A stretch of DNA of 64,000 nt from an uncultured cyanobacterium (GTDB lineage: Bacteria; Cyanobacteriota; Cyanobacteriia; Cyanobacteriales; Cyanobacteriaceae). Position numbers and translations under genes: made by a program. This document shows, in pieces, positions 46,143-56,334 of the stretch. How positions within the stretch are numbered: the first letter of the stretch is position 1; the number at the start of each line of letters is the position of its first letter. The stretch covers positions 256,001 to 320,000 of the forward strand of contig CAVVOP010000021.1 in assembly GCA_963749915.1 (NCBI GenBank). Direction: 5' to 3'. A model generated the notes under the pieces. The model was not told where the DNA came from. It was given only the letters and a program-made list of their open reading frames with translations, and did not search any database.

Positions 46143-46694
46143 ATGTTAGAAATTAAGACTCCTAATATTGAAATAAAAAGAATTAAAGAAAAAATTACCT
46201 CTGAAATAAAACACATAAAAACACAAAAGAAAATAGATGCTAATAATGGTTTAATCTGGGATTGTTTTGAAGAACAAATTAAATATTTTCAAGGTTTCAT
46301 TAATACCGCAAAATCTAGGGCACAAAGAAGAAATAGTTTACCTAATTCATGGCATAAGTTTCCTTTCATCTTTTTATTAAAGCCTTTTGCCTTCATATTT
46401 TTCAAAATCTTAAACTTTATCTTTAAAGATCAAAGAGAGGTAAATTATAATATTTTACAGGCTTTAGAAGAGTCTGTTAAAGTTAATCAAATGCTTTTAG
46501 AACAAATAAAAATTATCAAGAAAAATACTGAGGAAGACTTAATTAGTTTAAAATTTATCGATTCAGATTTAAAAGATAAATATCAGCAGTTGGTAGAAAA
46601 CATTAATTATTTAGAAGCAAAACAGGAAAATTTTTCAAATAGTAATGAAATCAAAAATTCTCTTACCTCTATAAAGATAAATCAGAAACTCTAA
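46143..46694 (+). CDS. Coiled-coil protein, probably the truncated N-terminus of a polysaccharide methyltransferase
   Basis: LNFIFKDQREVN motif; no catalytic domain follows. Confidence 0.5.
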   Translation: MLEIKTPNIEIKRIKEKITSEIKHIKTQKKIDANNGLIWDCFEEQIKYFQGFINTAKSRAQRRNSLPNSWHKFPFIFLLKPFAFIFFKILNFIFKDQREVNYNILQALEESVKVNQMLLEQIKIIKKNTEEDLISLKFIDSDLKDKYQQLVENINYLEAKQENFSNSNEIKNSLTSIKINQKL

Positions 46695-46773
46695 TTATTT
46701 AGTCCATACCAAATCCTGGTAATCTTTGATGAGGAGGCGAATTAGCAGATAGATTTAATCAATATTTTTATCT

Positions 46774-47823
46774 ATGAAAATTATAGTTGTATCAGTAAAT
46801 GCACCTTTTATTATCGGGGGGGCAGAAATTCATGCAGATTCATTAGTAAATATGCTCAGGGAATTTGGCCATGAAGCGGAGTTGGTTACTATTCCCTTTA
46901 AAACTTATCCCAATCAAAGAATTTTGGATAGTATGTTAATGTTTCGCCTTTTAGATATTACAGAATCTAGCGGTAGAACAATTGATCTTGTGATTCCTCT
47001 CAAATTTCCTGCTTATTTGACTCCTCATCCAAATAAAGTACTTTGGTTATTACATCAACATCGAGATGCCTATGATTTATGGAATAATCAAATATGTGGT
47101 TTAGCACAAAATGCCGATGGGCAACAGATTCGAGATACTATTATTAATGCCGATAATAATGCTTTTTCTGAGTGTCGCAAAATTTATAGCAACTCTCACA
47201 ATGTCTCTCGAAGATTGAAAAAATATAATAACTTTGATTCCATTCCTCTTTATCACCCTCCGAAAAATGCCGATCAGTTTTATTGTCATAATTCCCAAAG
47301 TTACTTCTTTTTCCCCAGTCGTTTAACGAAAATAAAAAGACAAGAATTGGTTTTAAATGCGATCGCCAAAACTCATCATGCCGTCAACGTAATTTTTGCG
47401 GGTAGTGCCGTCGATGGACGTTATGATGAAGAATTAAAAGAAATGTCCGCAAAACTAGGAATATCAGATCGAGTAATTTTTTTGAGTAGAATTTCCGAAA
47501 AAGAAAAACTCAAATATTATGCTGAATGTCTTGGGGTGATTTATCCACCCTTAGATGAAGATTATGGTTATGTGACTTTGGAAGGAATGTTATCCTCTAA
47601 ACCTGTTATTACTTGTAGTGATTCTGGAGGTCCCTTAGAATTTTTAATGAATCAGGAAACAGGAATGATTGTGGAATCAACTCCAGAAGCTTTAGCCGAA
47701 GCAATGGATCAATTATGGGATAATCGTAGTCAATCAGTGGTTATGGGGAAAAATGCCAGAAAACATTATGAAAGTATGAATATCACTTGGTCAAATGTTA
47801 TTGAAAAACTGACAACTATATGA
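46774..47823 (+). CDS. GT4 glycosyltransferase
   Basis: GGAEIH and EDYGYVTLEGM. Confidence 0.9.
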   Translation: MKIIVVSVNAPFIIGGAEIHADSLVNMLREFGHEAELVTIPFKTYPNQRILDSMLMFRLLDITESSGRTIDLVIPLKFPAYLTPHPNKVLWLLHQHRDAYDLWNNQICGLAQNADGQQIRDTIINADNNAFSECRKIYSNSHNVSRRLKKYNNFDSIPLYHPPKNADQFYCHNSQSYFFFPSRLTKIKRQELVLNAIAKTHHAVNVIFAGSAVDGRYDEELKEMSAKLGISDRVIFLSRISEKEKLKYYAECLGVIYPPLDEDYGYVTLEGMLSSKPVITCSDSGGPLEFLMNQETGMIVESTPEALAEAMDQLWDNRSQSVVMGKNARKHYESMNITWSNVIEKLTTI

Positions 47824-49112
47824 AAATAAATTGGTTTTCACCTTTACCACCTGCGAAAACAGAGATAGCCAACTATACCCTGAGAATACTTCCTTATTTA
47901 CACGAAAAAAGTGATGTGACTCTGTGGACAAATCAAGAAGAATGGAATCAAGAATTAGAAAAATACGCACCAGTAAAACAGTGTCAATTAGATAAAATGC
48001 CTTGGTTTGAGTTGAATCAAGGGGATATTAATATTTACCATATTGGCAATAATGCGACTTTTCATGGAGATATATGGGGAATTAGCCGACAATCGCCAGG
48101 TTTAGTTATTTTACATGACTATAAACTACAAGATTTTTTCTATATGTTATATGCCGATAAAAATGACTATATTCAACAAATGAAAAAGATTTATGGGGAA
48201 AAAGGCGGTAAAATCGCTCGATTATTTCTCAATGGACATTATTCCATGGAATTTATCGCTGAAAATTATCCTTTAACACCTTTAGCCTTAGAAAATGCTT
48301 TGGGAGTAATCACCCATAATCGAGAGGTTTATGTTTCCTTATCTCAACAAAATCAATGGTTAACAGCATATACTCCTTTACCATATACTAGCGATGATTT
48401 TGGGAAAAATAAGAATCAAAAAAGCACAAAAATTCCTTATCAGTTGATTATCTTCGGTTTTATCGCCAAAAATCGCCGTTTAGATGTGATTTTAGAAAGT
48501 TTATCCCAATTTAAACATAAAGATAGTTTTCGCTTAGATATTTATGGTCAATTGTGGGACGAAAATTATATTAGCAGACAAATAGAAGAATTGGGCTTGG
48601 AAAATATCGTCACTATTCATGGTTTCGTCAGCGATAACGAGTTAGATTCTGCCTTATCCCATGCTGATTTGGCCATTAATTTATGTTATCCCACCATGGG
48701 AGAGGCTTCTGGGAGTCAATTGCGCATTTGGAATCACGGCTTACCTTCCCTCGTCACTAAAACTGGTTGGTATGGTAGTTTAAACCCCGAAGCTTTGGCT
48801 TTTGTTAGACACAATCATGAAGTTGAGGATATTCATCAACATTTACAAAACTTTTTAGATAATCCCCATGACTATCAACAAATGGGCATAAAAGGGAAAC
48901 AAATATTAGAAAATGATCATCATCCCGATTCATATACCCAAGCTATTATTGTTGTTGCTAAACAAGTTTGCGAATATAGACATCATTCAGCCGTCGATCG
49001 CATAATTAAAAGAGTAGCATCAGAATTAAACTATCTTAACTCTAGCATCCCCTCAAACTCAAATTTGACCAATATCAGTGAAGTTATCAAATTTATTACC
49101 GCTAATCAATAG
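47820..49112 (+). CDS. GT4 glycosyltransferase
   Basis: WFSPLPPAKTEIANY, YHIGNN, PTMGEASG; 4-nt overlap with the upstream gene. Confidence 0.88.
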   Translation: MKINWFSPLPPAKTEIANYTLRILPYLHEKSDVTLWTNQEEWNQELEKYAPVKQCQLDKMPWFELNQGDINIYHIGNNATFHGDIWGISRQSPGLVILHDYKLQDFFYMLYADKNDYIQQMKKIYGEKGGKIARLFLNGHYSMEFIAENYPLTPLALENALGVITHNREVYVSLSQQNQWLTAYTPLPYTSDDFGKNKNQKSTKIPYQLIIFGFIAKNRRLDVILESLSQFKHKDSFRLDIYGQLWDENYISRQIEELGLENIVTIHGFVSDNELDSALSHADLAINLCYPTMGEASGSQLRIWNHGLPSLVTKTGWYGSLNPEALAFVRHNHEVEDIHQHLQNFLDNPHDYQQMGIKGKQILENDHHPDSYTQAIIVVAKQVCEYRHHSAVDRIIKRVASELNYLNSSIPSNSNLTNISEVIKFITANQ

Positions 49113-49619
49113 GAATAAATTTCCCAAATTAATCAATTAAATAGTATTGCCACGTATTGATAGGATGTTCTTAAAAATGAAATCAATAATGGTTTTAACC
49201 CACTTTCCACACTTCTTAACAACTGATCGATAAGATTTAATTATGCTTCGCTTATACTCTTTCTACTGCAAAGATTATAGCGATTTAGTCAGCGATCGCT
49301 CAATGTAAAGATTTATTATCATAATTCTCAGAAAAAATTAGTTATTGAGAAATATTATCAGCACTGATTCTCCAAAGTACAGTTTTTCGTAAAAACAATT
49401 TTTGTAGCATTTGCATTTCCTTTTATTTGTCTATTTTCTTTCTTGTTTTTCAAAAACTATTCAGTTAAACTTTTATCTCAAATAATTAAACGGCATAAAT
49501 TATTTTTTTTTCTGGGTACTTTTCCTGTGTTAGTATTTTTTCCTTGGTTTAATTTTTATCATAATTATATTCATTTTGGTTCATGGGTTTGATAATGCAA
49601 AAATTTTAATTGCGAGCTG

Positions 49620-50828
49620 TTAGTCTCCCTTTTCAACATAGGATTGAAGATATTGGAAGTGCTTAGCCAATTTCCCCTTTTTTGCTACGGTAGCCCGTTC
49701 AATCATCCCTGTATCTTTTAGCCCGAGCAATTCTGCCAACACATTGGTGATGAACTGTTCGCCAAAGGATTGGGAGGCCTCAAGAGGCAACTCATTCGGT
49801 AAGTTGTCGATGGTCATCATATCTACGGTGTGAGCTTGATATGGTTCGGTGGCAACGCCTGTTTGAGGATCGTATCCGAATACCGGATCGGCAATAGTCG
49901 TAGCCAAAAGCGTAGAGGGAATAGACCCATTGGGGGCAAGATCACAGGTAATATCGGCAATTACCTGGAGCTTGAATTCTTCTTTTTTCATCTCCTCCGC
50001 CGAGAAAAATTTGGGGGCATCGGGATCCCAATAAATTCCATTAATCATCAAATCGGCTACCTTGGTGTAAGGTGCAAAAATTGATTGATACTCCTGGGGA
50101 TTAGCCACAAAATCCTCGAACTGAAATGCCCTGCCATCTTTGCGTGCAGCATAGTCTGAGCAATCGAGCTGAGTATAAACAGCTTGGTCGAACTCCTGAG
50201 TTAAGAACTCTTGAGGATTAACTCTAGTAATACCCATGTGGTCTAGCACTTCTGAAGCTCCTCCGGCGACACGACCACCTCCAGTAAGGACAATTTTCAT
50301 TTTCGGTAGGTTGAGTGTTTGATAAGAGGCAATGGCCGCACTGTAATCATCATATTTGTGCATTTGTTCTAGGTTGTATGCTCCAGTGCGCTTGCCATAG
50401 GCCATCATGCCATTGTGTGCTCCAACAATTCCGGCAAAACGTCCGAAAGCAATCGCCCTTTGACCATCCAGCCGGGTCAATACTTCGTAGTCAATGAGTG
50501 TAATATTTTTGGCTAAAATGGTTTGTAATAATTTTCGGTTATAGGGTTGTTCTTTGATAGTGTGGGAGAAGAACATGTAGGTTTTGTGGGGAATCAACTG
50601 GTCAATAGGTACTTCCTTGATACCCATGAGGATATGACAGTGTGATAAATCCTTCGAGATAATCAGTCCAGCCGCTTTGTATTGAGCGTCTGAAATACAT
50701 CGGGTCGGACTTGGCTCAATGATAAATTCAACATCATATTGAGTTTGGATTTCAACACATTGTTGTGGGGTCAGAGCTACTCGTGAATCCGGTGGTTTTT
50801 TACCTTCGCAGACAATTCCTATTTTCAT
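49620..50828 (-). CDS. Lysine-ketoglutarate reductase / saccharopine dehydrogenase-like oxidoreductase (AlaDH/PNT fold)
   Basis: DSRVALTP, GIKEVP, FFSHTIKEQPYN, IADITCD, IDNLPNELP; start 50828 or 50846. Confidence 0.8.
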   Translation of the reverse strand: MKIGIVCEGKKPPDSRVALTPQQCVEIQTQYDVEFIIEPSPTRCISDAQYKAAGLIISKDLSHCHILMGIKEVPIDQLIPHKTYMFFSHTIKEQPYNRKLLQTILAKNITLIDYEVLTRLDGQRAIAFGRFAGIVGAHNGMMAYGKRTGAYNLEQMHKYDDYSAAIASYQTLNLPKMKIVLTGGGRVAGGASEVLDHMGITRVNPQEFLTQEFDQAVYTQLDCSDYAARKDGRAFQFEDFVANPQEYQSIFAPYTKVADLMINGIYWDPDAPKFFSAEEMKKEEFKLQVIADITCDLAPNGSIPSTLLATTIADPVFGYDPQTGVATEPYQAHTVDMMTIDNLPNELPLEASQSFGEQFITNVLAELLGLKDTGMIERATVAKKGKLAKHFQYLQSYVEKGD

Positions 50829-50929
50829 GGAATGGTTGTTTTTCAATAGCGACTCTAATTATAACCTGAGTTTTGCACTAACATAATAAATACTTGTAGT
50901 CCCCTCAAATCCTGAATGAGTTGCGAACC

Positions 50930-51443
50930 CACATTCCGCACGTCACTTTGTAAGATGATAAAAGTATTAAAACCAAGCAACTTATTCGGGACAAAACATA
51001 AGAATAATACTCAATATCTTCTTTATTCGCGTTTTGTACTCGCGAACTTTGCTAAATTAAAATCTCATTGTCAATAACGGCATCTTTAATGCGAATAAAT
51101 GAACAGAGCAAATGTATCAGTTTTCGCGTTCGGTATTTATGGTATTAGGATTGAGAATGTTTAGACTCTTAAATCCCATAAGTTATCCAGATCAAATATA
51201 ATAATTATGACAAGAGATCGGGAAAAAACTTAAAATTAGTTTTCGTTCATTGTTAGACTTACTATCGGTTTGCATTCATGGATTTATTACTAGAATGAAT
51301 GCCCTGAAAACATTGAAATATCCATCTTAACGTTGGACGTTCCGTCAGTTTCCCCAAGCTGATACTTTATCCGCGTTTTTCTCAGATTCGACGAGCGATC
51401 GCACTTCTCTTTGCCCCAATGAATAGACTAACAGACATAACTC
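50930..51443 (-). pseudogene. IS1634-family transposase 3' remnant
   Basis: Minus strand LCLLVYSLGQRE...QLGKLTERPTLRWIFQCFQGIH; putative end TGCGGAATGTGGG near 50930. Confidence 0.7.
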
Positions 51444-51860
51444 GAAAAACACAAAGAATATATACAGTTTTTATACGATAGCTCTAAAGGCTTGGCAAAC
51501 AGGCATGAATTAGCAAAACTAATGCTATTTAGTTGCTCGAAAAGGGTAAAGTCAGAAGAGAGGAACAGTCGGAGTGATTCTCTTTTAAATAGATGTGAAT
51601 CCCTCGGAAGATTATTATCAGCATTGATTCGTGCCCTCGAAAACAAAAACTGAATTTTCCCTATCACCCAACCCCATAGAACCCAAAGTATACCATCAGA
51701 TTCGGGAGAAGAACCACGAAAGAGTATATATCAGTTTTGACCTATAGCTTTGGGGTCCCTCAGAGAACTAGACACGGAGTTAATTATAGCTAAAAGGGTA
51801 AAATTGGCTGCAATATTCAGCCTTTTCAGTTGATCTAACTTTTCTTAAAATCTGCTACTA
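51442..51860 (+). pseudogene. Scrambled fragments of four-helix-bundle genes
   Basis: About 100 bp (51575-51675) identical to the reverse complement of 23962-24062; other segments out of order; second paralog piece IALGSLRELDTELIIAKRVKL. Confidence 0.85.
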
Positions 51861-51932
51861 GAGCACCAATTTTGTTTTGAGGGATAAAAAAAGAGCTAAT
51901 CTGGAAGAAGTTATCAAACTTCAGACCATAAA

Positions 51933-52378
51933 ATGCCCAAAAAAAAATATATCGTAGATCTAACAAAGTCCGAAAGAGCTGAACTCGAGCAGCTAACCAA
52001 GAAAGGAAAAATAGCAGCTTACAAAATGAACCATGCCAGAATACTATTGTTAGCAGATGTCAATCAACCAGAAGGCGGTTGGACAGATCTAAAAATCAGT
52101 GAAGCCTTAAATGTTAGTCAAGCAACAATTGAGAGAGTGCGGCAAAGATTTGTCGAATCAGGGATTGAATCAGCTTTAACTAGAAGAGAGCAAAAGAATC
52201 GTCGAAGCAAAATTATCGATGGTGAAAAAGAAGCTTATCTAATTGCAATTGCTTGTAGTGAAACCTCAATGGGACAAGCAAAATGGACACTTCAAATGCT
52301 GGCAGATAAAATGGTCGAACTTCAATATGTGGAAAAAGTATCGAGAGAAACTATTCGAAAAACATTAAAAAAAACGAA
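51933..52378 (+). pseudogene. IS630-family transposase N-terminal HTH part, interrupted
   Basis: KYIVDLT..ER..L, TIERVRQRF, WTLQMLAD, ETIRKTLKK followed by an A-tract; DDE part missing. Confidence 0.85.
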
Positions 52379-53253
52379 TAGACATCTCCAAAATATAATA
52401 AGTTCAAAAAATTAGTATAATATTTTTAACTTTTAACTCAAAATTTTGAAGATTAATGAACAATTATACTTGGAGTTATATTCAGCTTCATCCTCAAGAA
52501 ACTAAACGATTATTAGGTATTGATTCTGACCAGTTACAAGATTTGATAAATTATCTCAAACTCCTCGAGGAAAGAGAAAAACAAGAAGCAGAAAAAAACA
52601 AGATAAGAATCAATAAATTAGGCGGTGGAAGAGAAGAGAAAATTAGCCAAGAAGAACAAATAATTCTCACCTTAATTTATCTGAGACATCATCTTAATTT
52701 CCAATTGTTGGGATTAATGTTTAAAGTAAGCGAAAGTACGGCCAATAATGTGTTTCATAAATGGCAAAAATTATTAGAATCAGCATTCCCATCTTCTTTG
52801 CTAGAACAAGTAAAAAAGTGCCCAGAAAATTAAGAGCAAATCAAAGAAATATTGACAGATTATGAATTAATTGTCGATAGTGAAGAACAAGAAATAGAGA
52901 GAAGTATCGATTATCAAGAGCAAAAAAAGCACTACTCTGGGAAGAAGAAAATGCACACATTTAAAAATCAGATAATTTGTCTGCCAAAAGGGGAAGATAT
53001 AGTCGATGTAGTCCCAGGAGAACCAGGTCCAAAAGCTCACATAACAATTTGGCGAGAAAATATTGATGAATTTGATGAAAAACAAACATTTAAAGCTGAT
53101 AAAGCCTATATAAGTGAACCAAGAATAAGAACACCAAAAAAGAAACCGAAAAATGGAGAATTAACCTTAGAACAAAAAGAAAAAAATAAGGAAATATCAT
53201 CCGAGAGAATCTTTGTAGAACATTTAATTAGAATTATTAAAATACAGTATTAA
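52379..53253 (+). pseudogene. IS5-family (ISL2-like; HTH_Tnp_4 plus DDE_Tnp_4) transposase with in-frame stop, 3'-truncated
   Basis: Element begins TAGACATCTCC; IILTLIYLRH, VSESTA; TAA at 52831-52833; IVDSEEQEIER, YSGKKK, ADKAY, RIFVEH. Confidence 0.85.
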
Positions 53254-53337
53254 ACAAATGTGATGAAATTGGCAGCATGTTACATAGTCTAAAGGAAAAA
53301 CTGAGTCAACGGAAAAAATAGTCAGTTGCTTGTATTT

Positions 53338-53381
53338 TGACATCTGACACCTGACACCTAATACCTGATACCTGATACCTC
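53338..53381. repeat. Degenerate heptamer array (TGACACC/TGATACC)
   Basis: tgacatc tgacacc tgacacc taatacc tgatacc tgatacc. Confidence 0.9.
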
Positions 53382-53430
53382 ACTAAAACAATTATTTGAT
53401 TCTTACGAATGATTCCTGATTGCTATATTA

Positions 53431-55221
53431 TTATTTTATATTTAATTTATAGGGCAAAATCGTATAGACTTGATTAGGATTTTGGATAATTTCCCTAAGA
53501 CTTAACTCTGTATTTAATTCCCAAATAATTTTAGCTAAAGTTTCTTTATCGGTTACATCATTCGCTATTTTACTATTATTTAATTGATTAATTAATTCTA
53601 CCTGCCAATTTCTTTTTTCCGGGAAAGATACCAGTTTATAATTATTGTTTAATTGGAGTTTTTCGTCTAAATATTCGATAGATTTATCTAGTCCTCCAAT
53701 CTCATCAACTAAACCGATTTTTTGAGCTGATTTTCCTGACCAAACTCGACCTTGAGCAATTTCCTCTACTTGAGGAATGGGTAAATTTCTCGCCGTAGAA
53801 ACTCTTTTTAAAAATAACTCATAAATGCTTTCTACTTTTTGTTGAAAAATATCTAATTCTGCTTCGCTTTTAGCATTAAAACTATTACCGAGATTGGCAA
53901 ATTTGTTAGTCTTTATAACCTTGTTATTAATACCATTATCATTAGCAATTTTTTCCATATTAAACAATAACCCAAATACACCGATGGAACCTGTTATCGT
54001 ATTATTACTAGCAAAAATTCTTTCTCCGGCGGTTGCTATCCAATAACCCCCCGATGCCGCTACATTTCCCATGGAAACTACTAAAGGTTTTTCCTTCGCC
54101 GTCAATTGTAATTCTCTTAAGATTAATTCTGAGGCTATAGCACTTCCTCCTGGACTATTTATTCTGACAATTACTCCTTTGATATTTTTATCTTGGCGAA
54201 TTTTTCTAATTTCAGATGTAAAACGTTCACTTCCTATTTCTCCAATTCTGCCCTCACCATCAACAATGGTACCCTCAAGATAAAGAATTGCAATTTGACG
54301 ATTATTATTAGTGTTATTAGGGGAATTGGCCGCTAAATAATCTTGAATAGTAACTTGACGAAAAGAATCCTTATCTTTATTATTAGTGATTTCCTTTAAT
54401 TGAGTAATAATTTCATCCTGATAACGCAATTGATCAACTAATTTTAAATCTTTGGCTTCTTTAGCTTGTAAAATACCTTTATTATCAGCAATATTATTAA
54501 TTTCTCCCATTTTTAAAAAACGATCTTTTGTTATATTTTCTACATAAGAATCCCATAAATCTGCTAATAATTCAGAGGTTTGGATCGCACTTTCTCGACT
54601 ATAGTTATTAAGAGTAAAAGGTTCGATGGCTGACTTATATTTCCCAACTCTAATGACTTGCACACCGATACCATATTTTTCCAAAGCAGAGGCGAAAAAC
54701 AATCTTGAAGAAGCAAAACCATTCATTTCCATTGAACCGATGGGATTGAGATTAATTTCGTCGGCAATAGAAGTCAAAAAATAATCTGGTTCATTGTAAG
54801 AAACATTATAGGCAATAATTTTTTTCCCACTAGCTTTAAAATTTTCAAGGGCATTTCTTATTTCTGTTAAATTGGCATAACCAGAAACAATATTTCCTTT
54901 ACTACCATCCAAATATAAAGTAGAAATGCGGTTATCTTTTGCCGCTTTATTAATAGCAGAAGTCACTTCCCTCAAACTTAATAATCGATTCTTATTACTA
55001 CTTAATAATGAGAATAAATTACCATCGTATTGATAATCATTTATCTGATTATTAAGATTAAAAACTAAAGCGGATTGATTTTCAATTTTAGGAGTATTAT
55101 TAGATAACAACAAGGCTATAATAAGGATCAATAATCCACCTCCACTTAAAGCAAAAAAGAAAAATAATCCGGCCAAACTCCCCAGAAAACTAGCTAAGGT
55201 TTGTTGTAAAAATTTTTTCAT
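53431..55221 (-). CDS. sppA: Signal peptide peptidase SppA (67K type)
   Basis: RVGKYKSAIEP, RINSPGGS, AASGGYW, TGSIGV. Confidence 0.95.
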   Translation of the reverse strand: MKKFLQQTLASFLGSLAGLFFFFALSGGGLLILIIALLLSNNTPKIENQSALVFNLNNQINDYQYDGNLFSLLSSNKNRLLSLREVTSAINKAAKDNRISTLYLDGSKGNIVSGYANLTEIRNALENFKASGKKIIAYNVSYNEPDYFLTSIADEINLNPIGSMEMNGFASSRLFFASALEKYGIGVQVIRVGKYKSAIEPFTLNNYSRESAIQTSELLADLWDSYVENITKDRFLKMGEINNIADNKGILQAKEAKDLKLVDQLRYQDEIITQLKEITNNKDKDSFRQVTIQDYLAANSPNNTNNNRQIAILYLEGTIVDGEGRIGEIGSERFTSEIRKIRQDKNIKGVIVRINSPGGSAIASELILRELQLTAKEKPLVVSMGNVAASGGYWIATAGERIFASNNTITGSIGVFGLLFNMEKIANDNGINNKVIKTNKFANLGNSFNAKSEAELDIFQQKVESIYELFLKRVSTARNLPIPQVEEIAQGRVWSGKSAQKIGLVDEIGGLDKSIEYLDEKLQLNNNYKLVSFPEKRNWQVELINQLNNSKIANDVTDKETLAKIIWELNTELSLREIIQNPNQVYTILPYKLNIK

Positions 55222-55419
55222 TATATTTATTATTTAAAATTTATTTAATACTAATTATTAATTGTTAATTATTAATTGCTATAATTACCAATCTTGATCG
55301 AGAATAAAATTCTGAATATTTTAGTTCTATTTTGCCATATTTGAATCTAATGGTAAATCATTTTTGTCCAGACCAAATGGATTTTCAGTGTCTGATGAAA
55401 AATTTTATTGATAAATCTT

Positions 55420-55488
55420 AATATCTGAACACATATTCATATTTTTCAGATACAATCAAAATAACATCTGAATGAACCTTCAGATATT
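55420..55488 (+). promoter_or_regulatory. Two SmtB/ZiaR-type operator inverted repeats
   Basis: AATATCTGAA-N6-TTCATATTTT (55420-55445) and AACATCTGAA-N6-TTCAGATATT (55463-55488) upstream of the metallothionein. Confidence 0.8.
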
Positions 55489-55519
55489 CAATCAAATATT
55501 TTTCAGGAGATAAATTCCT

Positions 55520-55693
55520 ATGACTACCGCAACAGTTACCCAAATGAAATGTGCTTGTCCTTCTTGTTTATGTATAGTTGATATTAGCAGTGCTTTGGAA
55601 AAAGATGCACACTATTTCTGTTCTACCGCCTGTGCCGAAGGTCACAAAAATGGAGAAGGTTGTTCTCACCGTGGCTGTGGATGTAATAAATAA
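55520..55693 (+). CDS. smtA: Bacterial metallothionein (57 aa; not in ORF track)
   Basis: MTTATVTQMKCACPSCLCIV...YFCSTACAEGH...GCSHRGCGCNK; AGGAG RBS upstream. Confidence 0.95.
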   Translation: MTTATVTQMKCACPSCLCIVDISSALEKDAHYFCSTACAEGHKNGEGCSHRGCGCNK

Positions 55694-55725
55694 TGCCATT
55701 AACCCTTCTTAGGGCACTGAAAACT

Positions 55726-56121
55726 TTAATCCGTTTCGTCAAGGTGTTCGGCAACGGAACGGTACAATTCTAAAACATGATGATCTAAAAGGCGGTAAAA
55801 AACTTTTCTGCCTCTTTTTTGGTATGCCACTAAACGCATTACTTTTAAAGTTCGCAATTGATGAGATACCGCCGATTCACTCATGTCTAAAGTTGCTGCT
55901 AAATCGCACACACACAACTCTTGTTGTGCCAATACCGAGAGTATCCTTAAACGGTTAGAATCCCCCAATAAACTGAAAAACTCTGACATTCTTTGTGCTT
56001 TATCACTGGCCAAAATTTGGGTTTTACAAGTATCGATTAATTCGGCTTCGATGTGATGTGGTTTGCAGGGAATTAAATCGGTTTTATTTTCAATGGATTT
56101 AACGGGATAAGACACATTCAT
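55726..56121 (-). CDS. smtB: ArsR/SmtB-family Zn-sensing repressor
   Basis: ELCVCDLA, SAVSHQLR, alpha5 site DHHV...EHLDE. Confidence 0.92.
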   Translation of the reverse strand: MNVSYPVKSIENKTDLIPCKPHHIEAELIDTCKTQILASDKAQRMSEFFSLLGDSNRLRILSVLAQQELCVCDLAATLDMSESAVSHQLRTLKVMRLVAYQKRGRKVFYRLLDHHVLELYRSVAEHLDETD

Positions 56122-56334
56122 GAATTTGCAATTAATATGGGTTTAGTGTAGCTATGTCTATTGTAACAGTGTTATCCTATTGCATTCCTAAATCTTCAAT
56201 AATGGGGACTTTTTTCTTTAATTTCTTAATTCCTGCAAATTTGGAGGTAGGGAGCTAAAATTAATACGTTGTTTTAGAGTGGCAAATTTTGTTACCATTA
56301 ATCAGGAAATTTTTATCATAATTAAACTTCGTAT

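Noticed and set aside
49310..49592. Hydrophobic plus-strand frame between the GT4 gene and the oxidoreductase
   Set aside because: No start codon and has internal stops; may be a decayed membrane-protein fragment but cannot be assigned
51428..51667. 79-aa minus-strand ORF
   Set aside because: Antisense shadow of the scrambled four-helix-bundle fragments
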